From Chromera velia (lineage: Eukaryota): 64,000 nt of DNA. Under the pieces are notes generated by a model, which did not search any database, was not told the origin of the DNA, and saw only the letters and a list, made by a program, of their open reading frames with translations. This document shows positions 21,191 to 39,517 of the stretch, piece after piece. A program made the translations under genes and the position numbers. Numbering within the stretch: the first letter of the stretch is position 1; every line of letters starts with the position of its first letter. The DNA is taken from positions 1 to 64,000 of the forward strand of contig JAHBMJ010000455.1 of the NCBI GenBank assembly GCA_018398765.1, in the 5' to 3' direction.

Positions 21191-23546
21191 TCCTCTTCAG
21201 CCTGCATCCTTTTCGCTGGCTCGCGTGCGAATACAGTTGGTCGGGCATCGACATACAGTGAGGTTTATTTCATTTTTGATTCTTGCATGCATTCATTCTT
21301 TTTCATTCAAGCGCGCACGCATGCATGCAGCGTCTGGTTTGTCCCTCTTTTCTCGCTCGCTCGCTTGCTTGCCTATGCGGTCCCTGAACGGAGGGAGGGA
21401 GGGAGGGCCTTTGTGGCCCGATCCGAAGATCAGCTCATGCACTCTCTTTTCCTGTGAGAGAAGTCGCTTCTTTGTTTGCATGCTGGTGCTACGATCGCAG
21501 CTAAGCATTTTCCCTTCTTCTCTGGGCACGTCAACTGACAGACAAACGGGCAGGCGGAAGTCCGCAAGACTGGAAGAGGACACACTGCCTGCCTGAGTGA
21601 GTGGCTGGATAAGTTTGTTTCGGTGAGTCAGGAAAGACACACGTTGCTTTTGCTTTCACCACCTCACGCATCCATTCATGCATCCGTCCAACCTTCGTTC
21701 TGTGCTTTCTCCGATGCGATCCGTCCATCCTTCCTTCCTTTTTTCACCCTTTCGAAGCCTGCCTGTCTGTCTCATGTGTGCCAGTTGGATGTTCGTCCCA
21801 GAGTTTCTTTCGTATTCCTGCAATTTCTTGTGAGCTCTCCCTGTTGATCGCCTGTCTGCCTGTCGACTGCGCTTGCGTCACGACAGAGAAGAATAAAGGC
21901 GTTGCCTCGCACTCTTCCTCTTCTTGTTCTTTCTTAAGCGCGGAATTGTACAAGATGAGGGACACAAGACGTTGGAGACTTTTTCGCCTAATCCGTGGAT
22001 CATTTGGGAGGGCATGCAGGTCTCTCGATTCATTGTTGCAATTTGACTTTTTATCTTTTCTCTTCTCTGTGCGCGTTCTCCCTGTCTTCCGACACATCTG
22101 TCTGTGTGCATGGACGGACAGCTTTACTTTTGGTGCATTGAATCAAAGATTCCCCTCTTTGGCTTCAATCAGGCAACTGTCGGTGCCTTGTTTCCTTCCT
22201 TTCTTTTCTGTTCAGCGAGTTACCCCTTCGTTTGAAACATTCACCGTTCCCCCCTTTCCTCGCTTCCTCTGCTTGGCTTTCACTGATCGAGCCTCCCAGA
22301 TTGATTGCCTGCCGCTTTGCTTTCTAGCTCGTGGTTGCTTCAGTTCCCATACAGAGGGGGGCAGAGAAGACTTTTTCTTTCTTTGTCTGTCTGTCTGTGG
22401 ACGCAGTGAGAAAGGGGGACAAGGAGAGAGAAAAAAGAGAGGGTGAGAGAAGGACGGAAGAAGAGACCGTAGGTCCAGACGAATGGAAGGAAAAGAGAAA
22501 GTGAAGCCATCACATCTCATCTCACCACACGAACAGATCGATCATGACTGCTCTTTCACTCAACGAAAGAAGCATTCCATGCACATGCATGCAGGATCCA
22601 TGAATGCACATACACATGCACACACACACACACACACACACGCACGCACTCACGCACGTCTGTGCACACGCGACAACACAGAGAGCAGAGAGCACGCGCG
22701 AGTGAGGGGCTTCCCATTTTTCTTGTCCTAATTCTCTCATTTCGAGCTTCACCAGAAGGAACGAAAGAAGGAAGGAAGACACATACACTCTTTCTCGCGT
22801 ACTCACTCACGTATTCACGCATGCGTGCAGACACATACAGGCACACAAGCAAAACACACATGAGAGTGAGGTTGAACAGAGAAGTGGGGGTGACAGAAGA
22901 AGAATGGATTGATTGAAGACGGACGGACGGACGGACGGACGGACGGAAGAGATTGCGAACGTTTCACTAGTCTCTCAAGCTTTCCGTCTTATTCACGCAG
23001 GCACAGAATGAAACTCTTCGTATCCTCTCCTTCCTTCGATTTTGTCTGCATGCATGCCTCTAGCGACGATCGACCCAGCGTCTTTCTTCTCTTTTTGTTT
23101 TCTCTCTCTGTCTTTTGAAACAGCGCTGCATGGTTTATCGTCCAGTGACCCATCCGGCCATTCACACCGACAGACAGATAGACAGACAGACAGAAAGATG
23201 TGCATACGAAGAAGAAGCAAGACGTGAAGAAATAAAATATAAAGGAATGAATGAATCAGGGAATCATCGACAATCAACAAAGAACGTCCCCTCCCTCCCG
23301 TCCAGCATCTCGCTTGTTCTTCCCTCCCTGCTTTCCCTGATAGGAGGCCTTCCTTCTTCTTTTTCCGTCTCTTCTCCTCTTCTGTTTGTTCGAGGGATAT
23401 CGATCGACAAGGTCGCTGTCCTTCCTTCCATTCAGACAGAGAGACCGACAGACAGAATTCTTTCGATCGAACCCAATTGCGCATTCACTCCGTTGGATTC
23501 ATTCCATTTTGCCATGCATTTTTCCTTCATGCCTGCCTCTTCCTCT

Positions 23547-29057
<5,511 letters not shown>

Positions 29058-29389
29058 ACTGGATGTTCTCTTTTTTCCCTGCCTTCGTTATTGGATTCCT
29101 TTCTTTGTGTGGAAAGTCAGTGAAACGCAATTGGAGGTTTTGGGAGACGGGCTGGCCGCCGAAATTCTCTCCATCAAATCGCGAATAATATGTGTAGCAA
29201 GTCAGTAAGGAGTGATCCTGCGCAACGAGGTCAATCAGCGGGTACTGCGAAGTACTGGATAAGTCCAGGCTAAAACCGACATTTCATTCCTACGATCTGT
29301 AAACTGCGTGCAACTCTTCTGTGAACTTTACACTCTCTTTCTGTTTCTCTCTTGCAAAACGCGGAGACGATCTGAAAAAAAAAACCAGC

Positions 29390-29540
29390 TATGCATATGG
29401 CGAGCGATGGCGAGCGGATGGCGAGCGGCGAAAAAAAAAAAAAAATGCTGCGCGGTCGGGATGCGGTCGGGGGACGTGGCCCCCATGCCGTGGCATGCCG
29501 TGGCCCCCGGCCGCGAGGAACCGGCCCGCGCGCGCGCGTT
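29390..29540. promoter_or_regulatory. GC-rich putative (possibly bidirectional) promoter upstream of the CCCH gene
   Basis: Three copies of ATGGCGAGCG (29397, 29407, 29418), a poly-A run and a CpG-dense block ~350-480 nt upstream of the CCCH start codon. Confidence 0.35.
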
Positions 29541-32065
29541 CTGTTCATTTCTGTTCATATTTTCTGCATGTTTCTGATCGACAATTTTTGACGCTATGCA
29601 TCCACGAACCCTCAAGAAAATTAATCGAAAAAAAGTCTGCCCGATATCTGCCCGATCTTCAGCTGTCTTCAGTCCGAACTTCGATCGGTGCGAAGATGGT
29701 GCGAAGAGGACATCAGGCGGGACACGGCAGAGAATTTCAGACTATGGCAGAGGAAGCAGGTGAAAGCTCGTCATTACGTGCAAATGTTCAATGTGCAGGA
29801 TCACTTCATGAGAGATGGAATTGGATTTGCAGAGCCTGCTTTGTTGAGGTTCGTCTTTTGAGAGAGAGACTTGCCCACTCTTTCGAAAAGGAAAAGGGGT
29901 GGGTGGTTTGGACGGCCTAGAGAACCCAAAGCCCCCAGTAACCAGAGCCTGAAGGAAAAAACAGGTCTCTATCTTCAACCACAGAAATCAGACTGAGCAG
30001 GTGAGCGTTTAGATGGTTCTTTCGTCCTTTTCTGAAATTTGGGCTGCTTACAGTATCCTCTTTTCACTCTTCTGAAAGACCTCCTGGTTTGTTGTCTTCT
30101 TCTGCCCTTGCCATGTGTGTTTGCCTCTCCATCCTTCTCTCTGCAGGTGGGCGTCTTGAAAGTACACGATATTTTCCACTTCTTGTTGGACCACCTGGAG
30201 TTCTCCTCGGGCCTTCCTTCTTGTTTTGTCGCGCTTCAAGGAAGTCTCCCTCTCTCTCTGTCTTTTTATCTCTCGTTTTGTTTCCGTGGGTCACACAGGG
30301 ACGCGGTGAGAAGGCAGAAGATAGAGAGTAGAAAGGAACCGAAGTGCGAAGTGGACAAGGGAAGGGAGCTTAGGAAAAACTGCGGGGAGGGAGGACTGTC
30401 CTCTAGTCTCCCTCTCGGTTTGTTTTGACGCTGCCGTGAGGGTTACTGTTTTGTTTGTCAGACCAGAATGTGTATCCATAGAAGAAAGACGGGGTATGAA
30501 GGAGACGAATTCATGAGCTCTTAGCTCACGTTGGGATTGTTATACAGAAGGATTGTCTCTCTTCTCCCTTGCCGACGAGATTTGTTATCTCTACTATTCG
30601 ACCCTTTTCTCTGTTTCCGGAGTTTTTCTATTCTCTTTTTCCTCCCCTTTTCCCTTTCTCGTGTTGATCTGCCTCCCTACGCCTGCTCTTCTTTTCTTGT
30701 CTTCCCTCCTTGCACTTCAGAGAGCCGGGACTGCCCGAGAAAGGCAAAAACCAAGGAAGTGTTCCATCTATTCCCACCAACAGTCAGAAAGAAAAAAAGA
30801 GAGAAAAACGGTGAGGGAAAAAGCATGCTTGTGTGACTTGACAAAAAGGACACACAGCAAGAAAGAAAACAGGAAAGCGAGGAAGAGGTAAAGGTACGAA
30901 GGAGGCCAGGTGGTGTTGATTTCCCTCCCCATAATTCTTCACTTCATTACACCAACCTGTCCCTTCGTCCTTCCCTTTTTAAATGTGTGACAGGTGCGAT
31001 GCGATTCAGTCTTTTCCCTCTTCTTTCTTCTCGCGACGCGCTCATTCGTGCATGCTTCCCTGTGTTTGTTTGTGTGGTAAAGAGGTGTGGTAAAGAGAGG
31101 GGGGCAAATTGACTCACGGTGGGGTTGTCAGGCGAAAAAGCGATCTGGGAACGGAGAAGGGGGCGGGGGGGGACCCCCCGGAGAGTGAGCGTTGGTTGGT
31201 CGGTGAATAAACTGGTCGCGTCATCGTCGGCGCTGTACGCATTCCTTGATGAGGGTGTGGGTATGCTTGTGTGTTGGTATTTGCATTCCTTGTGCGCGGT
31301 AAAGGTCGTTTTGTGTGGCTGTCGTTTGGCGAGGTTGTGGTTGTGTGTCCCGCAGTGTCGTCTTCTTCTCGCGCGACTTCTCCCCGCTGTCGTCATTTTG
31401 AGTCTGACAGTTGTTTTCTTAATTCGATCGTTCCGTCTCGTCTCGTCTCGTCTCGTCTCAACGCACCCACTCATACAGCGTGTGGGGGGGGTATTTCAGT
31501 TCGCGTCCTTCAAACAAACGGTACGCTACTCAGCATTGCGCCCGCTTCCTTTCCTTGTGTTTCTCTCTTCAGTCGGACCTAGTCGGCATCGATGGAGTAA
31601 AGTGCCGTTGGTGCATGGGTGTGCAATTTCATCATCATGCAGTCGTCATGCTGTATTGAACCCAGAAACCAAGCAGAGGGCAGAGAGCGAAAGAGAGAGG
31701 AGAAACGACCCCCAGCTGAAATAAACAAGCTCCAACCAAATTGGACAGACAGACAAAGAAATGCATTTCTTCCTTTAAGCCTCCGGGGGAGGGAAGGGAG
31801 ATATGAGGAGGAAAAGATGCAAGGGGAGGGAGTTAGTAAGCAACTTTTGCTGTTCACTGCCCCTGCATTGAGAAACAATGAAGAACACTGGCCGGCTCTC
31901 TGTGACCCCGTGGTTACAAACAAACACTGAACAACACAACATTGACTCCTTGTCACCCGTGGTGACAGACAATGAACAACGTATGCCCTTATCGCACCTG
32001 AATGGAAGTAAAACGGAGTTTGACACATCCGTCTCTTCCTTCCTGTCTTTGCTTCTTTCTTTCTT

Positions 32066-32168
<103 letters not shown>

Positions 32169-32716
32169 CTCTCTCTTTCTTTCTTTTTTTCTTTCTTTTT
32201 TTTTCTGCCTCTTCTATGGTCATCCCCCTCATTTGGATCGTTTCACTTCACTTCACTTGATTGGGAGCGAAGAAAGAGAAGGCGCCGCGTGACAAACATT
32301 CAGGCAGGTGCCACCGATCGATCAACCCATCAGTCCGTCTCTCCTCTCCCTCCCTCTGTCTATCTCTGTCGATAGGATGGAAGGTCGCCTGGAAGGAAGG
32401 AAGGAAGGTTGCTCTGCCCTTTGCCTGCCTGCCTGCCTGCCTGACGGATTGATGGGTGGCTGGATGGATACAGTAGATTCCTGGCTGGCTGAATGGATGG
32501 ATGGATGGATGGATGTCCTTATTCCCTTAATTCCTTCAGGCCTACCCTCCCCCCCCGAAGTCCATGCATGGTGCGTGCCTGCTTGCTTGTGCTTGCATGA
32601 GGTGCGTGGGCGCAGGACCACTTGCTCGAGTGTTGTTTTTTGTTGCGTTAACGTTGCATATGGTTTGGTGTTTGACTGTGGGTGGCTGGGTGGGTCTGTG
32701 GTTTCTTTCTTTTTTT

Positions 32717-32757
<41 letters not shown>

Positions 32758-35700
32758 GTGTGTGTGTGTGTGTGTGTGTGTGTCACCTCCCGTTTCCTTT
32801 CTCCGTTCTGGTCTCCCTTAGCATTCTTTGCCTTTTCTCTGCACTTCGCTCCTCTCCTGCTTATTTTCCACAAAGCTACTGACTGACTGCGTGTGGGGGG
32901 GGGATTCAGTCCACATGAAAACAAACGAACAAACAAACCAACAAACCATACCAAACCAGCACGAAGGAAGGAAGGAAGGAAGGAAGGAAGATGGAAAGGG
33001 AGAGAGCAAACTGAACTAGTCAGACTAATCCAACCACAACATGCAAATTCAGCCTATGCCTAACCAGACTACTCGTTTGGCTTCATTCTGCCAATCTACT
33101 AAGAGTAGAGTGGAAGGATGTTGCGTGATGATGGTGATGAGGAAAGTCGCAAATGGTTCCTCCTTTCTTCCTTCCTTCCGCTCTTCCTTCCTCTCTGTCT
33201 CTCTCTCTCTGTCTCTCTCTGTATCTCTCTGTCTCTCTCTCTCTGTCTCTCTCTGTATCTCTCTCTCTCTCTCTCTCTCTGTGCCCGTCTGCCTCTCTAT
33301 TTTTCTATCTTTCTCCCTTCCCTTTCCGGCTTGAATTCTGTCGACCTCTTTTCAAAACGACTCTAGCCTCCCTCTGGATTCCTTTCCTTGAAAGCCTCCC
33401 TGTTTGGCACTTCCTTCCTTTTCAGTTCCTCACTCACTCTCCATCCAGCCTTCATTCAACACACACACCGTGATCGTCCCTACCGTCTTCCTTCATCTCC
33501 CGAATGTCAACCCTTCATCCATCCATCCATCCATCTGGCTTCTGTTGATGATGTGGAAGGAAGGAGAAATCCTTCCAAACATTTTGATTGAGCACGTGAT
33601 TTCTCTCGAACTGCCTTCGTGCATTCTTCGGAGTCCTTCCTTGGTTGGGTCTTTTTCCTCCCCTGCTTGACTTGTGGTCACTCTGCCTTGTCTTGTCTTG
33701 TTCCTCTCTTTCTGGTCTTCTGGTTTTGTCTCCCTCCCTCTGCGTCCTTCTCCCGAGCGAAGCTGTCGAGGTCCCCGTTCCTTAAGGGAGAATGGAGGTG
33801 GAAGAACGAGACAAGCAAAGAAAATTAAGAAGGCGAAGAGGAAGGAAAGCTTCTTTCTTTTTCTTTCTTTCTTTCTTTCTTTCTTGTCTTTTCTTGTCTT
33901 TTCTTGTCTTTTCTTGTCTTTTCTTGTCTTTTCTTTTCTTTCTTTCTTTCCTTCCTTCCTTCCTTCCTTTCTTTCTTTCTTTCTTTCGGCTCCGACGCAC
34001 GCATTCACCCACAGCTTTGTCCTGTCCTGTCTTGCCATGATGCCAATGATTCTCCTCCGATGAATCCCTCGACGCTCGCTGACTTTTTGCCTTGTCTGTT
34101 TCTGTCGCTCTGGCTGACTGACTGCATGTGTGAACACGTCTCTCTGTCTTGTCGGGGAAGTGACTTGTCTGAAGCGACGACAATGAAAGGTGTAGCGGAG
34201 AAACAATGGGTGTGAAAAGGTGACAACTAGATGCAGGGCATCGGGGAGGGAATCTGATGACAGAAAAAACAAACAACGAAGGCCTCTTGCCATCCCCCGT
34301 CTGCTGCACTTCAGGGGGGTGCATGTCTTTTGGTCGGCAAAAACTGAATGACTGTTGTTTGAGGTCATGTTGGTTGCCAAGACAACGAAGGAAAGAGCCC
34401 CGTCGCCCGTTTTAAGTCGAACGAAAAAGGAGCAACGACCAGCCTTCCTCCAGGTGTTTTGGTTCTTTCGAGAGAAGAAGAGAAGAAAAGAGAGTGCGAA
34501 GTCAGGTCGGCACACAGAGAGAGGGGAAGCAAGAGACAGAGTCGAAGCCGCTCTGGACCCTCCCTGTGCCCTCCCCTGTGTTCTGTTTGTTCGCAAGCGA
34601 GAGAGAGGAAAGGGAAAGAATGCGATGCAATGAGACCAATCGCCACTGCAAGAGAAAGAGCGAGGACGCCTGCCTGGAGAGAGGTGTAGTCATGCCTTTC
34701 CCTTCCTGTCCTCTGAGTTCTTTCAATTCCGCTAACGGTCCTCAAAAAAGAGTCGCGTCCCCCTCACAGAGAGAGAGGGAACGTTCCGGAAGGAGGGCAT
34801 AGCATAAATTTGAAGGGGAAACGAAGTAAAAAAGTAAATTAAAAGAGACGAGCGAAGCAACTCAGGATGATGCTAGGGACTCTCTACAGCTGCAGCTAGG
34901 GAGGAGACGAGAGAGAGAATGCAGGCCGCCAGTTCTGTTTCCTGGTCGGTGGGTTGGAAAGAGAGAGGAACAGAAAAAGAGAGAGGGCCTAAAGGTGGGT
35001 GGGTGCAGATAAACACTGCCGGAGATGATACTGCTTGGTAGGGCAGCACACTCAGTAGAAGAGAAGAGAAGAGAAGAAGCGCAGACGGCATTATTGTACC
35101 TGTCTGCACTGAGGAGAGAGTTGCATGCTAAGCGGAGGGAAGGGAAACACACTGCAGTAGATATTTCCCCCCCTTGCTTCGCTGCCTGTACCTTTCTTCT
35201 GCCCCTTCTTGTTCTGCCACTGCCGTGATGATGCGATCGCCATTTCTTCAATTGCTGCCTTTAACTTTTTCCTTTCCCACTTTCTTCGATCTGCTTTCTC
35301 CTCCTTCGCACAAAATTTTCTTCACAGAAAGAATCATCTCCAAGAATTTCAAAGAGAAAAAGAAAGAGAGAGGAGACAGACACACGGAGAAAAAGAGAAT
35401 GGCAAAGAGAAAAAGGAGGGCAAAGGTGACGCGCACTCTGAGTCTTTCAGGCTCTCTCTCTTTTTGGAGGATCACTCACTCGACCGATAAAGAGGGAATT
35501 AAGCGAATCCTCCCTCCCTCCCTCCTGTTCCAAGCAACTAGTTGGGGGAAGTATTTCTTGCTTGCTTGCTTACTTGCTTGCCGTGTGGTGCATGAAGTCA
35601 ATTTTCTCCTTCCTGGTCGTCCTTCTCCTCTCTTCTCTTCTTTTCTCTTCTCTTCTGGTCGGTTCCCATTCGATGCTCATCACATCATGTATGTTTCTTT

Positions 35701-38427
35701 GTTGTCTGACAGTTCTGGTGTGTGAATCCGGATGCATCCATGCGTGCATTCCCGATTCGTTCGGCTTCTTCGATGCATATATATCATCACACGCCATGTA
35801 CATCCTTCCTATCCATTCATCTGATCTGTACGCATACGTTCGTGCGTGCATGCGTGCATGCATGCATGACCCTTTGAGCCTCGACGCATATCCACTTCAT
35901 CAGTAACTTCGTGCATGTGCACCTATGCAAATATGGACTGCTTCAACATCGATGCAAGTATGGACAGCCTTAACATAGATGCCCACTCATCCACTCTTGT
36001 GTCTTTGTGGCGTTCGTGCGTGTGCGGCCCGCGTGAGCCTCGATGCATATGTATCCGAATGCATTTATGCATGCACGTACAGGCCGTTTTGTTTGCGACG
36101 ACATTGCACCCCATTCATTCATGTCCGCACGACTCTTTGCCACCTCGTGTTTGGCTGGCGCTACGCCTCCTCTTTCCGACCGGCAGTCACTTCCTCCGTC
36201 GTCCATCTGTCCGCCCGTCACGCTTTCCTTACAGCGTACGTGTCTCTTCGACGCACCTGAGCGAGTCTGTGCTGCTCTCTCACTTTCTGCCTGTCGAACA
36301 GCCCTCTTTTGGTGCGTGTATGTAGACGACAGAAAGGACGGTAAGAGAGAAATGGAGTGTAGAATCAGTCAGCCATCACTTGTCTGTCCTGCTGCCCTTT
36401 GTTTCTTTTACGGATTGATTTGCTTGCTGCAAGCTCATTCAGGACAACGACTGATTACTTCGTGTTGTGCGTTTCCTTACCACAGCGTTGCCCTGCAGGA
36501 AATTTCTGCCCATCTCTCTTCCTGCCTTTGTGTGGTTGTCAAGACCTATTCCCCTGGAACCTTCTTCAAATCGGCCATAGCGGATGTTTATCTTTTCTTC
36601 TCTTTTCTGTACTGACACGATTCGTCATTTCTCTCTTTCCTCTCCTTTCTCTATCCTTTGCCTGTCCAGCATTTTTGTTGTCGTTATTCGGTATGGCCTC
36701 CGCACTAAACAAAAAGATTGATCGATCAATAAGGCAGCGGTTCTCTATACCCGATTTTCTTTTGGCAAAACGTCAATGAAGCTCTTTTTGTAGGCATGGG
36801 AGCTCGTTGATAAATATTTGCATGTCTTCTTTGTTTGTCCTTTTCTAAATTGAAAGATGGATGCACTTTTCTTTCTTTTCTCTTTCTGTCGGGTTCCCCC
36901 CCCCCTTTTTTTTGTTCTGTCACCGTCTTTATGGACAGAGATGTCCAGACCCTATGTGAAGGGGAAAATCGGGGAGGATGGGCAGGGCAGGGTAGGCATT
37001 GAAGAGGCGATGCGGACGTGTGAACACAAAAAGAAAGAAAGGACAAGCTGTAGGCATTTTTTCTTTGCTTGTTTCTGCACTACTTCTTTGTCACTTTCTC
37101 GTTCTCTTGTGTCTTTCTTTCTTTCTTTGTTTCGTACTTCCTCTTTTTCTTTTCGTCTTCATGACTGTCGGAGGGATGGCGGGAGTTCGCATGAGAGGAG
37201 AGGGACCTGGCGACCGCGGACGGACGCATTTCTTTGCTCGTTTTGTTTTGTTGTGATTTAAATTGATGTTTTGGTTGACACAAACGTATGTGGACTGGAA
37301 TGAAGGACCCTGTCAGTCTGTCTTTCTGTCTGTGTGTACTCTTGGTGGTCGATTGATGAAAGGATGAAGGGGTGTCGACATGGAGGAGGCAACAAGGAGG
37401 GTCGGTCGGGTGAGAGGAAGGAAGTGAGGAAGTGATGAAGGAGGGAGGGGGGGTGTATGTAAGTGGGGAAAGAGGGGTCGTTTGGGATAGGAGCGGGATT
37501 GGGGGGCCTCTAGGAGATTCATTGATTGATTGAGCGATTGGGAAGGTGGTGAGTGGTTGTTCGAGTGGAAAACTGCGCAATTTAGTGACATTACGTGTGA
37601 CTCGATGCGAAGCAAATTTTAGTCATTTTCTTCAGCGAAGGGAAGGGGGCGGGAGAGAATGCATGAGTGGGTCCACAAGGCCGCATGCAGTCAATACTGC
37701 AGGCAGGAAAGAGACAACATACTCAGTGAGTGAGTGAGTGCGAGTGATTGGTGACTTACACCCCCCCACACGCACTCACTCACTCACTCATGCCGACCGA
37801 CTGCCCTCCGTTTTCGATCTCCAGGGAGGGCCCTTTCCTTGCCTTGCCTTGCCCGCCTGCATTCATTCATTCATTCATTCGTCGCTTGTCTATCTGCCTG
37901 CCTGCCTGTATGCCTGCGTCATTGTTGTCGCATGGCCTGACTTACTGACTGACTCACTGGTTGAGTGACTGAGTGACCCTTGAGCACCGCGCTCGCCTGA
38001 CTGTGCTTCCTTTCTCCCTTGCCTCCTTTCTTCCTTCCTTCCACTTTCATCTCCTGACCTCGGTTTCGCTCTCGCTCTCGCTCTCGCCCGCATTCATGCA
38101 AGAAGCAAGACAAAAGGCTGGGAGGCGAGCAGGCAGCGTCTCTCAGACTGGCGCAGAAAGAAAACACACAGAAGCCTCCCGGGAAGGCGAAGGAGGGACC
38201 AGGTTGCTTGAAGAAAAAGACGCGAAGGGAGAGCGACATTGGGTGGAGACAGGGAGACAGCAAGAGCAGGGCAGAGGGGAGAGAAGCGACAGAGGGAAAC
38301 ACCATGGGGCCAAGCGAGAAAGAGAGAGAGAGGGGCAAGTGTACGCAATTAAGCCTCGATTGCTGACTCTTTTCTTTCTCTTCGAGTCTCCGTCCATCCA
38401 AATCAAAAACACATGAAGAAGAAGAGC

Positions 38428-38478
<51 letters not shown>

Positions 38479-39485
38479 TGTTCACCTTCAGTCGCACTAA
38501 GGATCGAGGGGAGAGCAGAGGGAACTGACTCTCTGCTTTCCTTCCTCTTTCTGTTTCTCTTGCCCGTCTTTTCCTTCCTCCTGCATGCCTACCTCTAGCT
38601 GTGTCATTCAGGCAGGCAGGCCGTCCCGCACGCCCTGAGCATCATTCTTCAGCGACGGTCCGTTGCTTGCATGATGGCACGGGGGAAGCCGGTCCCGTCA
38701 CAGCAGGAAAGAATTGAAGAATGAAAGAAAAAAAAGCGAAAAGCGATGGGAGGGAAGGGAGGGAACTGGATGCCAAGCGCTGCAGTGCGAATCAATTAAA
38801 TCTCCCTTCGGCTTTCCGAGGCACCGCATGCAGGTAGGTAGGTAAATCAACAAGCAGATCGAAAATCGGACGGATAAAACATTAAGAAGAGAGAAGAGAA
38901 CGCGGAGAGAGGAGAGGGAAGACTACATTACTGAGCCTTCACACAACAACAGAGACCAAGCGTGACTGGATGGATGGATGGATGGATGGATGGATGGAGA
39001 GAGGGAAAGAGTGAGAAACACGCACTCAGCAGAAACATTGCATGGCGGGAGAACACATGGAGGTACGTCAAAGGCAACCTTTCTCTTCCTCTGCTGACTG
39101 ACTGAATCTTCTCCATCGTGCAGACTGTGTGAGACCACAATGATCGTCGATTGATACTAGCTAGAGGATGAACATGCAGAGATGGAAGCAAGATGCAAAG
39201 CAACGCGTTGATCAGCAGGTCGGCAGGAAAGAATTCGAGAGAGTGCAATGGGGGAAGACAGAAGGAAGGAAGGAAGAAAGGAAGGATATCAGGAGGGAGG
39301 GAGGAAGGACTGTGACATCACATAGTAGACAGACAGACACGCGGTGGCTGCATGCCCTCCTTTGTTCTTCTTTTCTTTTCTTTTCATTACTCCTGCTTCA
39401 CCAACCCCCCCCATGCACTCACTCACTTTCTGATTTCTCTGCGGGTCAGCCTCGATTCACTCATGCTTCCTTTGCCTCCCTTCTG

Positions 39486-39517
<32 letters not shown>

